Source: Truepera sp. (lineage in GTDB: Bacteria > Deinococcota > Deinococci > Deinococcales > Trueperaceae). From it: a DNA stretch of 64,000 nt. The notes below the pieces were generated by a model. It did not search any database, had not been told where the DNA came from, and saw nothing but the letters and a program-made list of their open reading frames with translations. A program made the translations under genes and the position numbers. The stretch lies in the NCBI GenBank assembly GCA_965218435.1, contig CBDCKW010000009.1, forward strand, positions 3,552,001 through 3,616,000, given 5' to 3'. This document shows, in pieces, positions 9,818 to 19,178 of this stretch (within the stretch, counting starts at the first letter, position 1; every line of letters starts with the position of its first letter).

Positions 9818-10186
9818 ATGCTTAGACCTTTACTGATGGCTACGCTGGTAATGACATTGGCCGCTTGCGGTTCACCCGCGCCGGTCGTTGACCCTGCGCC
9901 CATCCCTAAAGAACCCGAGTTAGCGGCTTGCCCGAGTACCATCGTGATTGACAATTTCAAGTACTTGCCGGACGACTGTCAAGTAAGCCGCGGCACCACG
10001 ATCACGTTTCTCAATCAAGACACCGTTCAGCACACGGCGACCTCTCGAGCAGGCACACCCGCAGCGTTCGATACCAGGGACATCAACCCGAAAAAGTCGG
10101 CGACCGTGACCTTTACTAAGCCCGGTGTTTACAACTACTACTGCACCATCCACCCCGATATGGAAGCGTCTATTACCGTCAAATAG
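9818..10186 (+). CDS. Amicyanin/plastocyanin-like cupredoxin lipoprotein
   Basis: LAAC lipobox, HTAT and YYCTIHPDM type-1 copper ligands. Confidence 0.88.
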   Translation: MLRPLLMATLVMTLAACGSPAPVVDPAPIPKEPELAACPSTIVIDNFKYLPDDCQVSRGTTITFLNQDTVQHTATSRAGTPAAFDTRDINPKKSATVTFTKPGVYNYYCTIHPDMEASITVK

Positions 10187-10203
10187 ACTGCCAAGAACTG
10201 AGT

Positions 10204-10231
10204 AAGGCCCGCTCCAGCAGCGGGTCTTTTT
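10204..10231 (+). terminator. Intrinsic terminator
   Basis: AGGCCCGCT-CCAGC-AGCGGGTCT then T run. Confidence 0.8.
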
Positions 10232-10289
10232 GCTTGGAAAGCGGGCTAACTCGTCAGTTCATACGTTAGAGTGACCTAAGGAGCTACTC

Positions 10290-10859
10290 ATGGCGCAGCC
10301 TGTACGGTTGGTTCTCGTCTTTATGCTGATGTTAGGCGGATGCAGTTTGCTCAGCCCGTCTACCGATAAGACGCGCTATCTCGACCACTACATGCAGGAG
10401 TGTGCGAGCTTCGTTCTGACCCTCTGCAACCGTGCCAAAATGCAGCCGAGCGACCCCTGGATGACGAGCTTGAACAGTATCGAAGGCTTTGACTACCAAT
10501 GGGGGTTTGTCTACGAACTCCGAGTTAGAGAAACGCATATCGCCAATCCTCCTGCCGACGGCTCAGCTATCCGGACTGAACTGCTCAGCGTTGTAAGTAA
10601 AGAAAAGGTCGCCCCTGATGTGCGGTTTCAGCTTGCACTGACGACCCGCTACCGTGGTGAGCCTAAGATCGTCAAAGTAGGCGACAACCTCTTCGAGTTT
10701 TATAACGCTAAGACGTTCACTTGTGCTGACGAGCTTTGTGCTGACGTTGAGGCGCTTGTTGGGCGAGAGGGCGTGGTGACGCTCGAGTTCACCCAGCCGC
10801 AAAATCCAGACATGCCGTTACTCGCGCAGCGTATCGTTAGCTTTGAGGCGGCCCAATAA
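10290..10859 (+). CDS. DUF4377-like lipoprotein
   Basis: LGGC lipobox; IEGFDYQWGFVYELRV...NPPADGS. Confidence 0.75.
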   Translation: MAQPVRLVLVFMLMLGGCSLLSPSTDKTRYLDHYMQECASFVLTLCNRAKMQPSDPWMTSLNSIEGFDYQWGFVYELRVRETHIANPPADGSAIRTELLSVVSKEKVAPDVRFQLALTTRYRGEPKIVKVGDNLFEFYNAKTFTCADELCADVEALVGREGVVTLEFTQPQNPDMPLLAQRIVSFEAAQ

Positions 10860-10937
10860 CTTCTACCTGCTGGCAAGTAGGCATGTAGCACCTCAGCTTG
10901 AAGTAGTTGAGCAAATGTGTAAACATTACGCTAGCTT

Positions 10938-11837
10938 ATGGAGGCTGATATGGCAGACGCCAATTCGACAGATTACGCACATCCCGAGGTCCTGGTAACC
11001 ACCGACTGGGTTGCCGACCATTTAGATGACCCAAACATCCGCATCATGGACGTCAGTGAAGACGTGCTCTTATACGATACCGGGCATATCCCTGGCGCGG
11101 TCAAAATTGACTGGTTAGGTGACCTCTGGGACGACACCATCCGCGAATTTATCCAACCCGAGGAACTCGCTCAGTTGTTCGAGCGTTTGGGTGTCTCAAA
11201 CGATACCGAGATCGTTCTTTACGGCGACAAAAACAACTGGTGGGCCTCTTATGCGTTTTGGTTTTTTCGCTACAGCGGTCACGAAAACCTTAAACTGATG
11301 AACGGCGGCCGCGCCAAGTGGGTTGCCGAAGACCGGCCCTTAACGACCGACGCGCCGGACGTAACCCCCGGCTCGTACACACCGGGTCAGCGTAACCCCG
11401 AGCTACGTGCGTTTAGAGAAGATGTTTTGAAGCACTTGGAGCGTGTCAAAGCCGGAACCGGCGCAATGGTAGACGTGCGGAGCCCCGGCGAGTTTAAGGG
11501 CGACGTGACGCACATGCCCGACTATCCGCAAGAGGGCGTCCTCCGTGGCGGCCATATCCCCGGTGCCCAGAGCATCCCTTGGGCGCAAGCTGTTGCCGAA
11601 GACGGGACCTTCAAAAGTGCCGACGAACTCCGTAACTTGTACGAATCCAAAGGCGTGACCGGCGACAAAGAGATTATCGCCTACTGTCGCATCGCCGAAC
11701 GCAGCTCGCACAGCTGGTTTGTGCTCAAATATCTGCTCGGTTATAACAACGTCAAAAACTACGACGGCTCGTGGACGGAGTGGGGTAACAGCGTCGGCGT
11801 GCCGATTGAAAAGGGCGAAGCGCAGCCCGCTAAATAA
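10938..11837 (+). CDS. Tandem-domain rhodanese / thiosulfate sulfurtransferase
   Basis: [18 protein letters not shown] x2, YCRIAERS active loop, YDGSWTEW. Confidence 0.95.
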   Translation: MEADMADANSTDYAHPEVLVTTDWVADHLDDPNIRIMDVSEDVLLYDTGHIPGAVKIDWLGDLWDDTIREFIQPEELAQLFERLGVSNDTEIVLYGDKNNWWASYAFWFFRYSGHENLKLMNGGRAKWVAEDRPLTTDAPDVTPGSYTPGQRNPELRAFREDVLKHLERVKAGTGAMVDVRSPGEFKGDVTHMPDYPQEGVLRGGHIPGAQSIPWAQAVAEDGTFKSADELRNLYESKGVTGDKEIIAYCRIAERSSHSWFVLKYLLGYNNVKNYDGSWTEWGNSVGVPIEKGEAQPAK

Positions 11838-11908
11838 CGTTTAGCTCAAAACCAAAAAGTCGAACTGAACAGGCCGGAAGAGACTCCGGCTTTTGTTATG
11901 CTCTGCAG

Positions 11909-12301
11909 ATGGGCATTCTCTACCAAGAGACGCACGAAGGCATTACCCCGGAGCAACTGACCGGGTTTTTTACACAGTGGCGCAACCCGCGCCCGCCCGA
12001 AGGCCACTTAGCCATTTTGCGAGGTAGTGACTATGTGGCGCTCGCCTTAGACGAAGACAGCGGGCAAGTCGTCGGGTTTGTCACGGCGCTGACCGACGGT
12101 ATTCAAGCTGCGTTTATTCCGCTGCTCGAGGTTCTCCCCGATTATCAACATCAAGGCGTCGGCAGTGTGCTGATGAACAAGGTGATTGAGAAATTTGCGC
12201 ATCTGCCTGCTTTAGACTTGACCTGTAACCCTGCGTTGCAGACGTTTTATGCCCGTTTTGGAATGCAGCCGTCAGTCGGTGCGATCCGCCGCAATCATTA
12301 G
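11909..12301 (+). CDS. GNAT acetyltransferase
   Basis: LEVLPDYQHQGVG motif A, FYARFG; leaderless TATGCT-6-ATG. Confidence 0.88.
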   Translation: MGILYQETHEGITPEQLTGFFTQWRNPRPPEGHLAILRGSDYVALALDEDSGQVVGFVTALTDGIQAAFIPLLEVLPDYQHQGVGSVLMNKVIEKFAHLPALDLTCNPALQTFYARFGMQPSVGAIRRNH

Positions 12302-12380
12302 GAGATTCGTGAAGCTCGAGTCTAGCTAGACTCCTTATGTTGCACGTGAGAGACGAGCGGTATTTGCTATAGTTCAGCTA

Positions 12381-13529
12381 ATGTCAGTAGAAAATGTGCT
12401 CTCGAGACTGGCGCAAAGTCTTCAGGGCTGGAGCAAAGCGGGCCTTAACGAAGCGCAAACCTCTCAGGTGATTGTGCTGCCTACGTTGCAGGCGCTCGGG
12501 TATGACATCTGGAACCCAGACGAGATTGCTGCGCAGATTCACAGCGGTGGTGGTAACGCGGCGTATGCACCTGACTTTACGGTTAAACTCAACAGCAACG
12601 TCTGTTTTATCCTCGAGATTAAAGCCCTTAACAAAGAGTTTTCTCCCAACGACACGGTGCAAGCGGTCAACTACGCCAACGCGTTGGGGCGGCGCTGGGC
12701 CGTTTTAACCAACGGCAAAGCGTGGCATTTTTACGACAATCAGGTCTCTAAACCGGCATCAGATAAACTTGTTCTCACAGTTGAACTTAAAGACCCACGG
12801 GCGGCGGCCTATCTGGAGCGCCTCTTATCCCGCTCGGTGTGGTCGGTAGAAAACGCCGAAAGCAGTTTAGCGGGAGAAGTTCAGGCCACTTCCGCCGAGA
12901 TTCGCCGTCACCTCAAACTGAGTGAGATTGAAACAAAACTGCGTGGTGAACTGCGCGAAGGGTTTACAAAAGACGAGCAAGGGCTAAAAAAGGCGGTGCA
13001 GCTGACGCTCGAGCCCAACGAACGAGAACTTGCCGAAGCATCGCTGGCAGAGTTGGCTAAACACCTCTTAGGGATAGACGTAGTGGCTGCTGAACCAGAT
13101 CCTGAACCTACACCTGAGTTGGCTAGGGATGCTCTAGCTGCCATTATCGAAGGAATGCATAAAACAGCCCCAAGTCAACGGGGTAACCGCTCGTCTGAAC
13201 TGCAGGCGTGGCTAGGTGAAACGGAGCTTCCGGCAACAAACTGGCGAGACATCAACAGCGGCATTGTCGAAGCGATGATTTTGCTAGGGCGTAAGAAATT
13301 TGTCGAAGACAAGGGGTACATCTCTCCGACGAACCAGTCACGAGTCAAAAGGGACGGCTCGCTCTACCCCACACACGCTTACAGACAACTTAGCGATGGG
13401 AGCTTTTTGTTTTTGCATGAAAGCGCCAATAATCATCTGCAGCGAAGTCGCCGGATGCTCGAAGAACTCGAGGTTGCCCCTAGAACCCTGCGCGTTGTCT
13501 ACCGTAGTGACACATTTTATCTACCTTGA
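12381..13529 (+). CDS. Orphan HsdR_N (PD-(D/E)xK) restriction-endonuclease-domain protein
   Basis: NEAQT..LPTLQALGYD, PDF..LEIKA, QAVNYA, LTNGKAW.FYD; no helicase, no adjacent MTase. Confidence 0.8.
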   Translation: MSVENVLSRLAQSLQGWSKAGLNEAQTSQVIVLPTLQALGYDIWNPDEIAAQIHSGGGNAAYAPDFTVKLNSNVCFILEIKALNKEFSPNDTVQAVNYANALGRRWAVLTNGKAWHFYDNQVSKPASDKLVLTVELKDPRAAAYLERLLSRSVWSVENAESSLAGEVQATSAEIRRHLKLSEIETKLRGELREGFTKDEQGLKKAVQLTLEPNERELAEASLAELAKHLLGIDVVAAEPDPEPTPELARDALAAIIEGMHKTAPSQRGNRSSELQAWLGETELPATNWRDINSGIVEAMILLGRKKFVEDKGYISPTNQSRVKRDGSLYPTHAYRQLSDGSFLFLHESANNHLQRSRRMLEELEVAPRTLRVVYRSDTFYLP

Positions 13530-13538
13530 GGAGACCCT

Positions 13539-13919
13539 ATGAAGCTCGAGCACGTCGCCCTAAACCTGCCTGACCCGCAAGCTGCCGCCGCCTGGTACGC
13601 CGAAAACCTGGGCCTGACGATTGTCAAAGCAAATAACGCGGAGCCGTTTATCCATTTTTTAGCCGATGACGCGGGCGGGATGCTCGAGTTCTATAGCAAC
13701 CCGCGTGGCGCAGTGCCCGACTACGCGAGCATGAGCCCGTTTACCTTGCACTTGGCGTTCGCTACAGACGACATCACCGCAGGTTGGGAGCGGCTCTTAG
13801 CAGCCGGGGCGACCGCTGCCGGAGAGCTCGAGACCACCCCGGCGGGCGATCAGATTGTCTTTTTGCGTGACCCCTGGGGCGTAAGTTTGCAGCTGGTCAG
13901 CCGCCGCACCTCTTTATAG
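13539..13919 (+). CDS. VOC/glyoxalase family protein
   Basis: EHVALN, WYAENLG, HLAF, FLRDPWG. Confidence 0.9.
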   Translation: MKLEHVALNLPDPQAAAAWYAENLGLTIVKANNAEPFIHFLADDAGGMLEFYSNPRGAVPDYASMSPFTLHLAFATDDITAGWERLLAAGATAAGELETTPAGDQIVFLRDPWGVSLQLVSRRTSL

Positions 13920-13931
13920 TTGAGCCGACAC

Positions 13932-14011
13932 TAAAAAGCCCCTGCAGCTGTGGGGAAGCTGCAGGGGAAGTGTAAGACGCTTACATGACGTGATGGCCGG
14001 TTGCGCTTACA
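13932..14011 (-). ncRNA. Candidate ~80-nt small RNA
   Basis: Minus-strand -10 TATCCT (14023-14018), no ORF, perfect 11-bp terminator stem (13939-13967) with U5 only on minus strand. Confidence 0.5.
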
Positions 14012-14033
14012 GGGGTAAGGATAGCGCACACGG

Positions 14034-14051
14034 TCTCACAAGATTCTTACA
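14034..14051 (-). promoter_or_regulatory. 11-bp-period direct repeat TGTAAGA-N4-TGTGAGA
   Basis: Sits 10 nt upstream of the TATCCT -10; geometry of an OmpR/PhoB-family box. Confidence 0.45.
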
Positions 14052-14197
14052 AAATCAGAAATGGTTGTCTGCCTCAGCGTTTACCGTAAAGGTTCACACC
14101 CGGCGTAAGACCGGTCGTCTCTGACGTTAAGCTTCACGCGTTGCACGTTCATTCACCGGCAACGGGCGGGTTTTGTCGCAGTGGGTAAGATGCCCTT

Positions 14198-15466
14198 ATG
14201 AAACCGGACAAAAGGCCCCACATTTTGGTCGTCGGGGGCGGCGCAGCCGGGTTTTTTGCGGCGATTACTTGCGCTGAGGCGCAACCGGGGGCACGGGTGA
14301 CGGTGCTCGAGCGTGGCCAACCGCTTGCCAAGGTGCGTATCTCCGGCGGGGGGCGCTGCAACGTCACGCATGATGAACCCGACCCGGCACAGTTCGTAAC
14401 GCATTATCCGCGGGGTTCACGGGCGCTGCGCGGCCCACTGAGCCGGTTTGGAGCTGCTGAAACTGCTGCGTGGTTTGAAAGCCGGGGCGTAAGCCTCAAA
14501 ACCGAGGCCGACGGGCGTATGTTTCCGACATCGAATACTTCGGAAACGGTCGTGAACTGTTTGCTAGACGCGGCACAAAGGGCCGGAGTCGAGCTTCGTA
14601 CCGGTGCGGCGGTGCGTTCCTTAAGCATTTCACAAGAACATGTTCCGGGACGGTTTACGGCAACGCTTAAGGATGGTGAGCAGGTCATGACTGAGCGTGT
14701 TTTACTTGCAACCGGCAGCAATCCGCAGGTTCACCGCTGGGTCACCGAACTCGGCCACGAGGTCGTGCCGCCGGTTCCGTCACTGTTTACCCTAAAGGTT
14801 GCTGACCCCAGACTCGAGGGGCTGGCCGGGGTCTCGGTACCGGACGCTGAGGTGACGCTTTCCGGGACGCCGCTTACGCAGCGTGGCCCGCTGCTCGTCA
14901 CGCATTGGGGGCTTTCGGGTCCAGCAGTTCTTAAACTCTCAGCCTGGGGCGCACGCGAACTTCACGGTTACGACTATCACGCACCTTTACGGGTCAACTG
15001 GCTCCCAACTATGAACGTAGAAGTAGTACGTGAGCAGCTTTACGCTTACAAAGCCGCCGAGCCGCGTAAAACAGTCTCCGGCTATCCTCTTTTCGGTCTT
15101 CCCGGACGGTTGTGGCGCGCACTCGTCGGTGCGGCAGGACTTGCGGAACGTTGGGCAGACGTGTCTAAGGCGCAGCTCGAGCGGTTTGTAGGTGAGCTTC
15201 AGCAGGGGCGCTTTGAGGTGACCGGTAAAGGTGTGTTCAAAGAAGAGTTTGTGACGTGTGGCGGCGTCAAGCTTAAAGAGGTGAACTTTCGGACGATGGA
15301 GAGCCGGATGTGTCCAGGACTTTACTTGGCCGGTGAACTTTTAGACATTGACGGGGTGACGGGCGGGTTTAACTTTCAAAACGCCTGGGCAACAGGGTAC
15401 CTGGCTGGTCAGGCGTTAGCTGAGTCGGTCGGCGCGGTCGGCGCACCGGAGCTCGACGCGACCTGA
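14198..15466 (+). CDS. HI0933/BaiN-like NAD(P)/FAD-dependent oxidoreductase
   Basis: GGGAAG, KVRISGGGRCNVT, THWGLSGP, EFVTCGGV, TGGFNFQ. Confidence 0.93.
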   Translation: MKPDKRPHILVVGGGAAGFFAAITCAEAQPGARVTVLERGQPLAKVRISGGGRCNVTHDEPDPAQFVTHYPRGSRALRGPLSRFGAAETAAWFESRGVSLKTEADGRMFPTSNTSETVVNCLLDAAQRAGVELRTGAAVRSLSISQEHVPGRFTATLKDGEQVMTERVLLATGSNPQVHRWVTELGHEVVPPVPSLFTLKVADPRLEGLAGVSVPDAEVTLSGTPLTQRGPLLVTHWGLSGPAVLKLSAWGARELHGYDYHAPLRVNWLPTMNVEVVREQLYAYKAAEPRKTVSGYPLFGLPGRLWRALVGAAGLAERWADVSKAQLERFVGELQQGRFEVTGKGVFKEEFVTCGGVKLKEVNFRTMESRMCPGLYLAGELLDIDGVTGGFNFQNAWATGYLAGQALAESVGAVGAPELDAT

Positions 15467-16764
15467 GCCGAAACCGGGAGGTGCAGCTTGACCGTGAGGC
15501 CGGTGGGTGAGTTGGCGGCGAGAATGAGCTCACCGCCGTGAACCGTGGCGACCTGCGCGGCGACGCTGAGACCCAAGCCGCTACCGGGGGCGGCCGTTCC
15601 GGGCGTGCGGTAAAAGGGATGGACGGCTTTTGCCAGCGCCTCCGGGGGCATTCCCGGCCCTTGGTCGGCAACGCTCAAGCTGAGTAATCCCTGAGCGGGG
15701 GGCTCGAGGCTAACTACCACCGGCGCACCGGGCGCGTGCTTGCGGGCGTTGTCGAGCAGATTGAGCAGAGCTTGCTGCAGCAAGACGGGGTCGCCCGTAA
15801 AGTTCAGGGTGTCGGGGCCGTGGTAGTTGACCGAGTGCTCGCTCGCCGCGTCTTTAGCTAGCGCCGCGAGATCAAACGTCACGACTTGCGAGCGGTTTTC
15901 ACGGGCCAGCGTCAGGAGTGACGCGCTTAAGCCAATCATCCGCTCGACCTCTTCAGAAAGGACCGTAAGCGTCTCGTCGGCGTCCGCGTAGTTCTCCCTG
16001 TAGGCGCTCAGCTGTAGCCGCATCGCGGTCAGCGGCGTCCGCAGTTCGTGCGACGCGTTCCGGGTAAACTGCGTTTCACGTTCTAAAAAGCCCGACAGCC
16101 GCGCCATCATCCGGTTAAAGGTTTCACTCAGGTCAGAGAGCTCACCCTGACCGCCGTCCGGTGCTCTTAGCGACAAGTCGCCGGAGTCGGCGATGCGGCG
16201 CACCGTGACGAGCAGCTGCCGGAGCGGGCGCAGCACCGGGCCGCTGACGAGCAGGGCCGCGAGTGCGCCGAGCGCCGAAACGAGCAGCGTCGTGACGAGG
16301 ATGGTCTCACGGTAGCGGCCCAGGCTGTAAGCCGGAGCCGGAGACGCGATGGCTCCTTGCAAAAAGAGATCGGGAGAGAGCCGCCGACTCGTCACGCGCC
16401 ACACCCCGAACGACTGGGCCGGAAGTGACTGGGCCGGACCGGGGGTCAGTGGCGCACTTAAGGGCACCCCTGCCGGGAAGGTGCCGAAGGTCTCTTTGAC
16501 GCGTCCCTGATGAACGATGCGGGCACTCGTCAAGTAGTCGTCGAAGCGGGCGTCGAGGTCCCGAAACGAAAGGGTTTCGCCGCGTGGCTGACCCGGGAGC
16601 GCCTGCACCTCCCGCACAAGTTGTGCTAAATAATCGTTTAGGTCGTGGTCTAAGTCGGCGTAAAGCAGCCGCTGAAAGTTGAGGTAACCGAATACCCCTT
16701 GCACGAGGAGCGCCGTCGCCACCATCACGGCAATAAAGAGCACCAGCCGCTGCCGCAGCGTCAC
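15409..16764 (-). CDS. Sensor histidine kinase (HAMP, HisKA, HATPase)
   Basis: Two TM, ASHELRTPL, NLLDNA, DQGPG, GSGLGL. Confidence 0.95.
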   Translation of the reverse strand: MTLRQRLVLFIAVMVATALLVQGVFGYLNFQRLLYADLDHDLNDYLAQLVREVQALPGQPRGETLSFRDLDARFDDYLTSARIVHQGRVKETFGTFPAGVPLSAPLTPGPAQSLPAQSFGVWRVTSRRLSPDLFLQGAIASPAPAYSLGRYRETILVTTLLVSALGALAALLVSGPVLRPLRQLLVTVRRIADSGDLSLRAPDGGQGELSDLSETFNRMMARLSGFLERETQFTRNASHELRTPLTAMRLQLSAYRENYADADETLTVLSEEVERMIGLSASLLTLARENRSQVVTFDLAALAKDAASEHSVNYHGPDTLNFTGDPVLLQQALLNLLDNARKHAPGAPVVVSLEPPAQGLLSLSVADQGPGMPPEALAKAVHPFYRTPGTAAPGSGLGLSVAAQVATVHGGELILAANSPTGLTVKLHLPVSAQVASSSGAPTAPTDSANA

Positions 16765-17498
16765 AAGCCTAACCGGTACCCTCCCGGAACGGTCTGCACG
16801 ACGTCCGGCCCGAGTTTGCTTCGCAGATGATGCACGTAAACCTTGACGACGCCTGTGCCTGCGCCTTCACCCCAGAGTGCGTCGGTCAGCGCCTCGGGAC
16901 TGTAGACGCGGCTCGGTGAGAGGACGAAGCGTTCTAACAGGGCGTATTCACGGCTCGAGAGTTCCACGCGCTCACCCGCCCAAGTTGCGGTGCGGTTGAC
17001 CGTGTCGAGCCCCAAAGGTCCCCGCTGCACGCGGCTTGTTTTGACCTCGTGAACCCGCCGTAAAAGTGCGCGGACGCGGGCTAAGAGTTCAGGTAAGTCA
17101 AAGGGCTTGACCACATAGTCGTCGCCGCCGTCGTCAAGCCCTGTCACCCGGTCGGCCAGGGCGTCTCTCGCAGTCATAAATAGAATTAAGCCTTTGTAGC
17201 CCGCGTTTCTCGCCTCACGCGCCAAGACGAAGCCGCCGTTGTCGTCTTCAGGCAAGCGTACATCGAGCAGTAGCAGGTCGGGTTCAGCCTCGAGAAACAC
17301 AGTCCGTGCGTCCGCTAACGTCGCTGTGTGCGTGACCTCATGACCCTGCGCCGCAAGCGCCTGCAGCACCGGCCGAGCGATATGGGGTTCGTCCTCGAGC
17401 AGCAAAATACGCACAAACATCTCCGAAACCGGGTTTTCTACTGCGCTTTTTACGGCGTTCTTTCTGGTAACCGCTACCACGGCAAGCGAGGTTGGCAT
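16761..17498 (-). CDS. OmpR-family response regulator
   Basis: ILLLED, LLDVRLP, DDYVVKPF, winged helix VYVHHLRSKL..TVPGGY. Confidence 0.95.
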   Translation of the reverse strand: MPTSLAVVAVTRKNAVKSAVENPVSEMFVRILLLEDEPHIARPVLQALAAQGHEVTHTATLADARTVFLEAEPDLLLLDVRLPEDDNGGFVLAREARNAGYKGLILFMTARDALADRVTGLDDGGDDYVVKPFDLPELLARVRALLRRVHEVKTSRVQRGPLGLDTVNRTATWAGERVELSSREYALLERFVLSPSRVYSPEALTDALWGEGAGTGVVKVYVHHLRSKLGPDVVQTVPGGYRLGL

Positions 17499-17518
17499 GG
17501 AAAACGCTAAGATGCAGC

Positions 17519-17608
17519 GGTTACGTCTAGGTTAAGGCTGAAGGGCACAGACCAGTAAGCTAGGGCTTACAAACATCGGGAGGTCACGGGTTTAACCGGC
17601 CCTTAACC
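17519..17608. promoter_or_regulatory. Two oppositely oriented TTAACC-N5-TTAACC boxes
   Basis: GGTTAC-gtcta-GGTTAA (17519-17535) and TTAACC-ggccc-TTAACC (17592-17608) between divergent regulator and dps. Confidence 0.65.
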
Positions 17609-17717
17609 GAAATCGTAAAAACTGTTGTCGGGAGGGAGCAGCATGGTGTAGGGGCAGCGGCAGCTTTAGACTATCTCGGTAAAATATAAACTAACTCACA
17701 TTCATGTAGGAGAACAG

Positions 17718-18365
17718 ATGAAACGATTCGCCTTAGGTCTTTTAGTGCTGGCTGTTCCGGCGGTGCTTGGCACTGCCACCTTGGCACAAAGTCAACCCAA
17801 ACTTCCGGTCAATTCAATCACCGACCTGCCCAAAGCAGCTCCCAAACGGGCCGACCTCGAGAAAGTCGGTCAGGTCTTACAGCAACAGCTCATCGAACTA
17901 CAAAACTTGGCCTTGCAAGCTAAACAAGCACATTGGAACGTCTCGGGGACGCTCTTTTACTCGCTTCATGAGCTCTTGCAAGAGCACTACGAAGGCTACT
18001 CGAAGTACGCCGACCAGGTTGCTGAACGGATGCTCAGCATCGGCGTCTCTTCGGACGCACGCGCCGCAACGATTGCGCAGACCGCCAACATGCCGGTGAT
18101 TCCAGCCGGGTTTATCGACGACGCTGAGGTGATCCGCTTTTTTATCGACGACCTCAAGCTGACCGCCGACCACACCCGCGGGTACATTGACCAGATTGAA
18201 AACTTAGACCCGACGAGTGCGAACTTGCTCCAAGAGGTCGAGTACATCTTGGCGCAGTACCAGTGGCAGTTCCGGGCGTTCGCGCAGCCGACCCCGACGG
18301 ACAACAACAACGGCAGCGAACTCAATCAGGACAACAACGCGCCGCTCTATCCGCAGGGGCAGTAA
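17718..18365 (+). CDS. dps: Dps family protein with signal peptide (Dps2-like)
   Basis: KQAHWNVSG, LHELL, DQVAER ferroxidase motifs; N-term signal peptide; AGGAG RBS. Confidence 0.92.
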   Translation: MKRFALGLLVLAVPAVLGTATLAQSQPKLPVNSITDLPKAAPKRADLEKVGQVLQQQLIELQNLALQAKQAHWNVSGTLFYSLHELLQEHYEGYSKYADQVAERMLSIGVSSDARAATIAQTANMPVIPAGFIDDAEVIRFFIDDLKLTADHTRGYIDQIENLDPTSANLLQEVEYILAQYQWQFRAFAQPTPTDNNNGSELNQDNNAPLYPQGQ

Positions 18366-18406
18366 TACTAACAAGTGTCACGGTTGTCGTAACAATTGTT
18401 AAAAGT

Positions 18407-18436
18407 AAAGGGTAGCGCCAAGCTACCCTTTCCCTT
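18407..18436 (+). terminator. Intrinsic terminator after dps
   Basis: AAAGGGTAGC-GCCAA-GCTACCCTTT. Confidence 0.75.
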
Positions 18437-18733
18437 TGTCAGCCGTCGTCAACTACTAACTTGTCTTTAAGAGGTTAGCTAGCTCGTCGCCTATATGCTC
18501 AGCCGCACGACCGGTTTTTTGGCTTTTACAACGACGCGTGGCTCGAGCCCGGCGGTATTCTCTCGTGGCTTGTCGAGGGACTTTTTTGATCGTAGCAGTT
18601 TGGGTGTTCCGGGAGCGTATACCCGCTCATAACGAACCACGTCAAGTCAAACGTTAAAGTTTTCCGTTACTCCGAAGTCACCTAACTCAAACCGAATTGG
18701 TGCTGGCTTGCTATACTCGTTTTGGAGGCTCCT

Positions 18734-19018
18734 GTGGCACACTGGTCAGAACGCGTTGAAACCGAAGCGAGACGTATTTTCAAGCTGCTCAGCAGTTTAA
18801 CTAAAAGTGCGTTCGAGTCGGGCCACCGTCGCCGCGTGGTGGGCCGCGACAAAGCCGGTAGAGTGCTCTTTAGCGTGTCGCTCAGCTACGTCGTCATCGG
18901 GGCGCTGCTCGTCTTTTTCCTTGCTAGACAGGTATTTTTACTGGCTTTACTCGCACTCGTGGTTGCCTACGCGCTTGGGTACCGCGCCGAGGTAGTGCGG
19001 TACCAAGGCCCACGCTGA
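18734..19018 (+). CDS. Small membrane protein, DUF4342-like
   Basis: GGAGG before GTG; GHRRRVV..GRVLFSVSL then hydrophobic hairpin. Confidence 0.55.
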   Translation: MAHWSERVETEARRIFKLLSSLTKSAFESGHRRRVVGRDKAGRVLFSVSLSYVVIGALLVFFLARQVFLLALLALVVAYALGYRAEVVRYQGPR

Positions 19019-19178
19019 GCGTTTCAGCCGCACGAATTAGAGTGTGCGCCCAAGGTGCATATAACCTTTGTAAAATGTGGTGTTTTTAACATTGCTGCTT
19101 ACCCACGCGTTAGACCAAACGAGCTGTTACAATCTTAGAAATTATGCCTTTTCTCTCTGTGCTCTCCCGGACTAATCT

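Noticed and set aside
15409..15466. 58-bp convergent overlap of oxidoreductase and kinase as antisense regulation
   Set aside because: Overlap involves only low-complexity tails; common in compact genomes
18491..18640. 49-aa basic minus-strand ORF (MVRYERVYAPG...) between dps and the DUF4342-like gene
   Set aside because: No RBS, competing frames and no recognisable motif; cannot be supported
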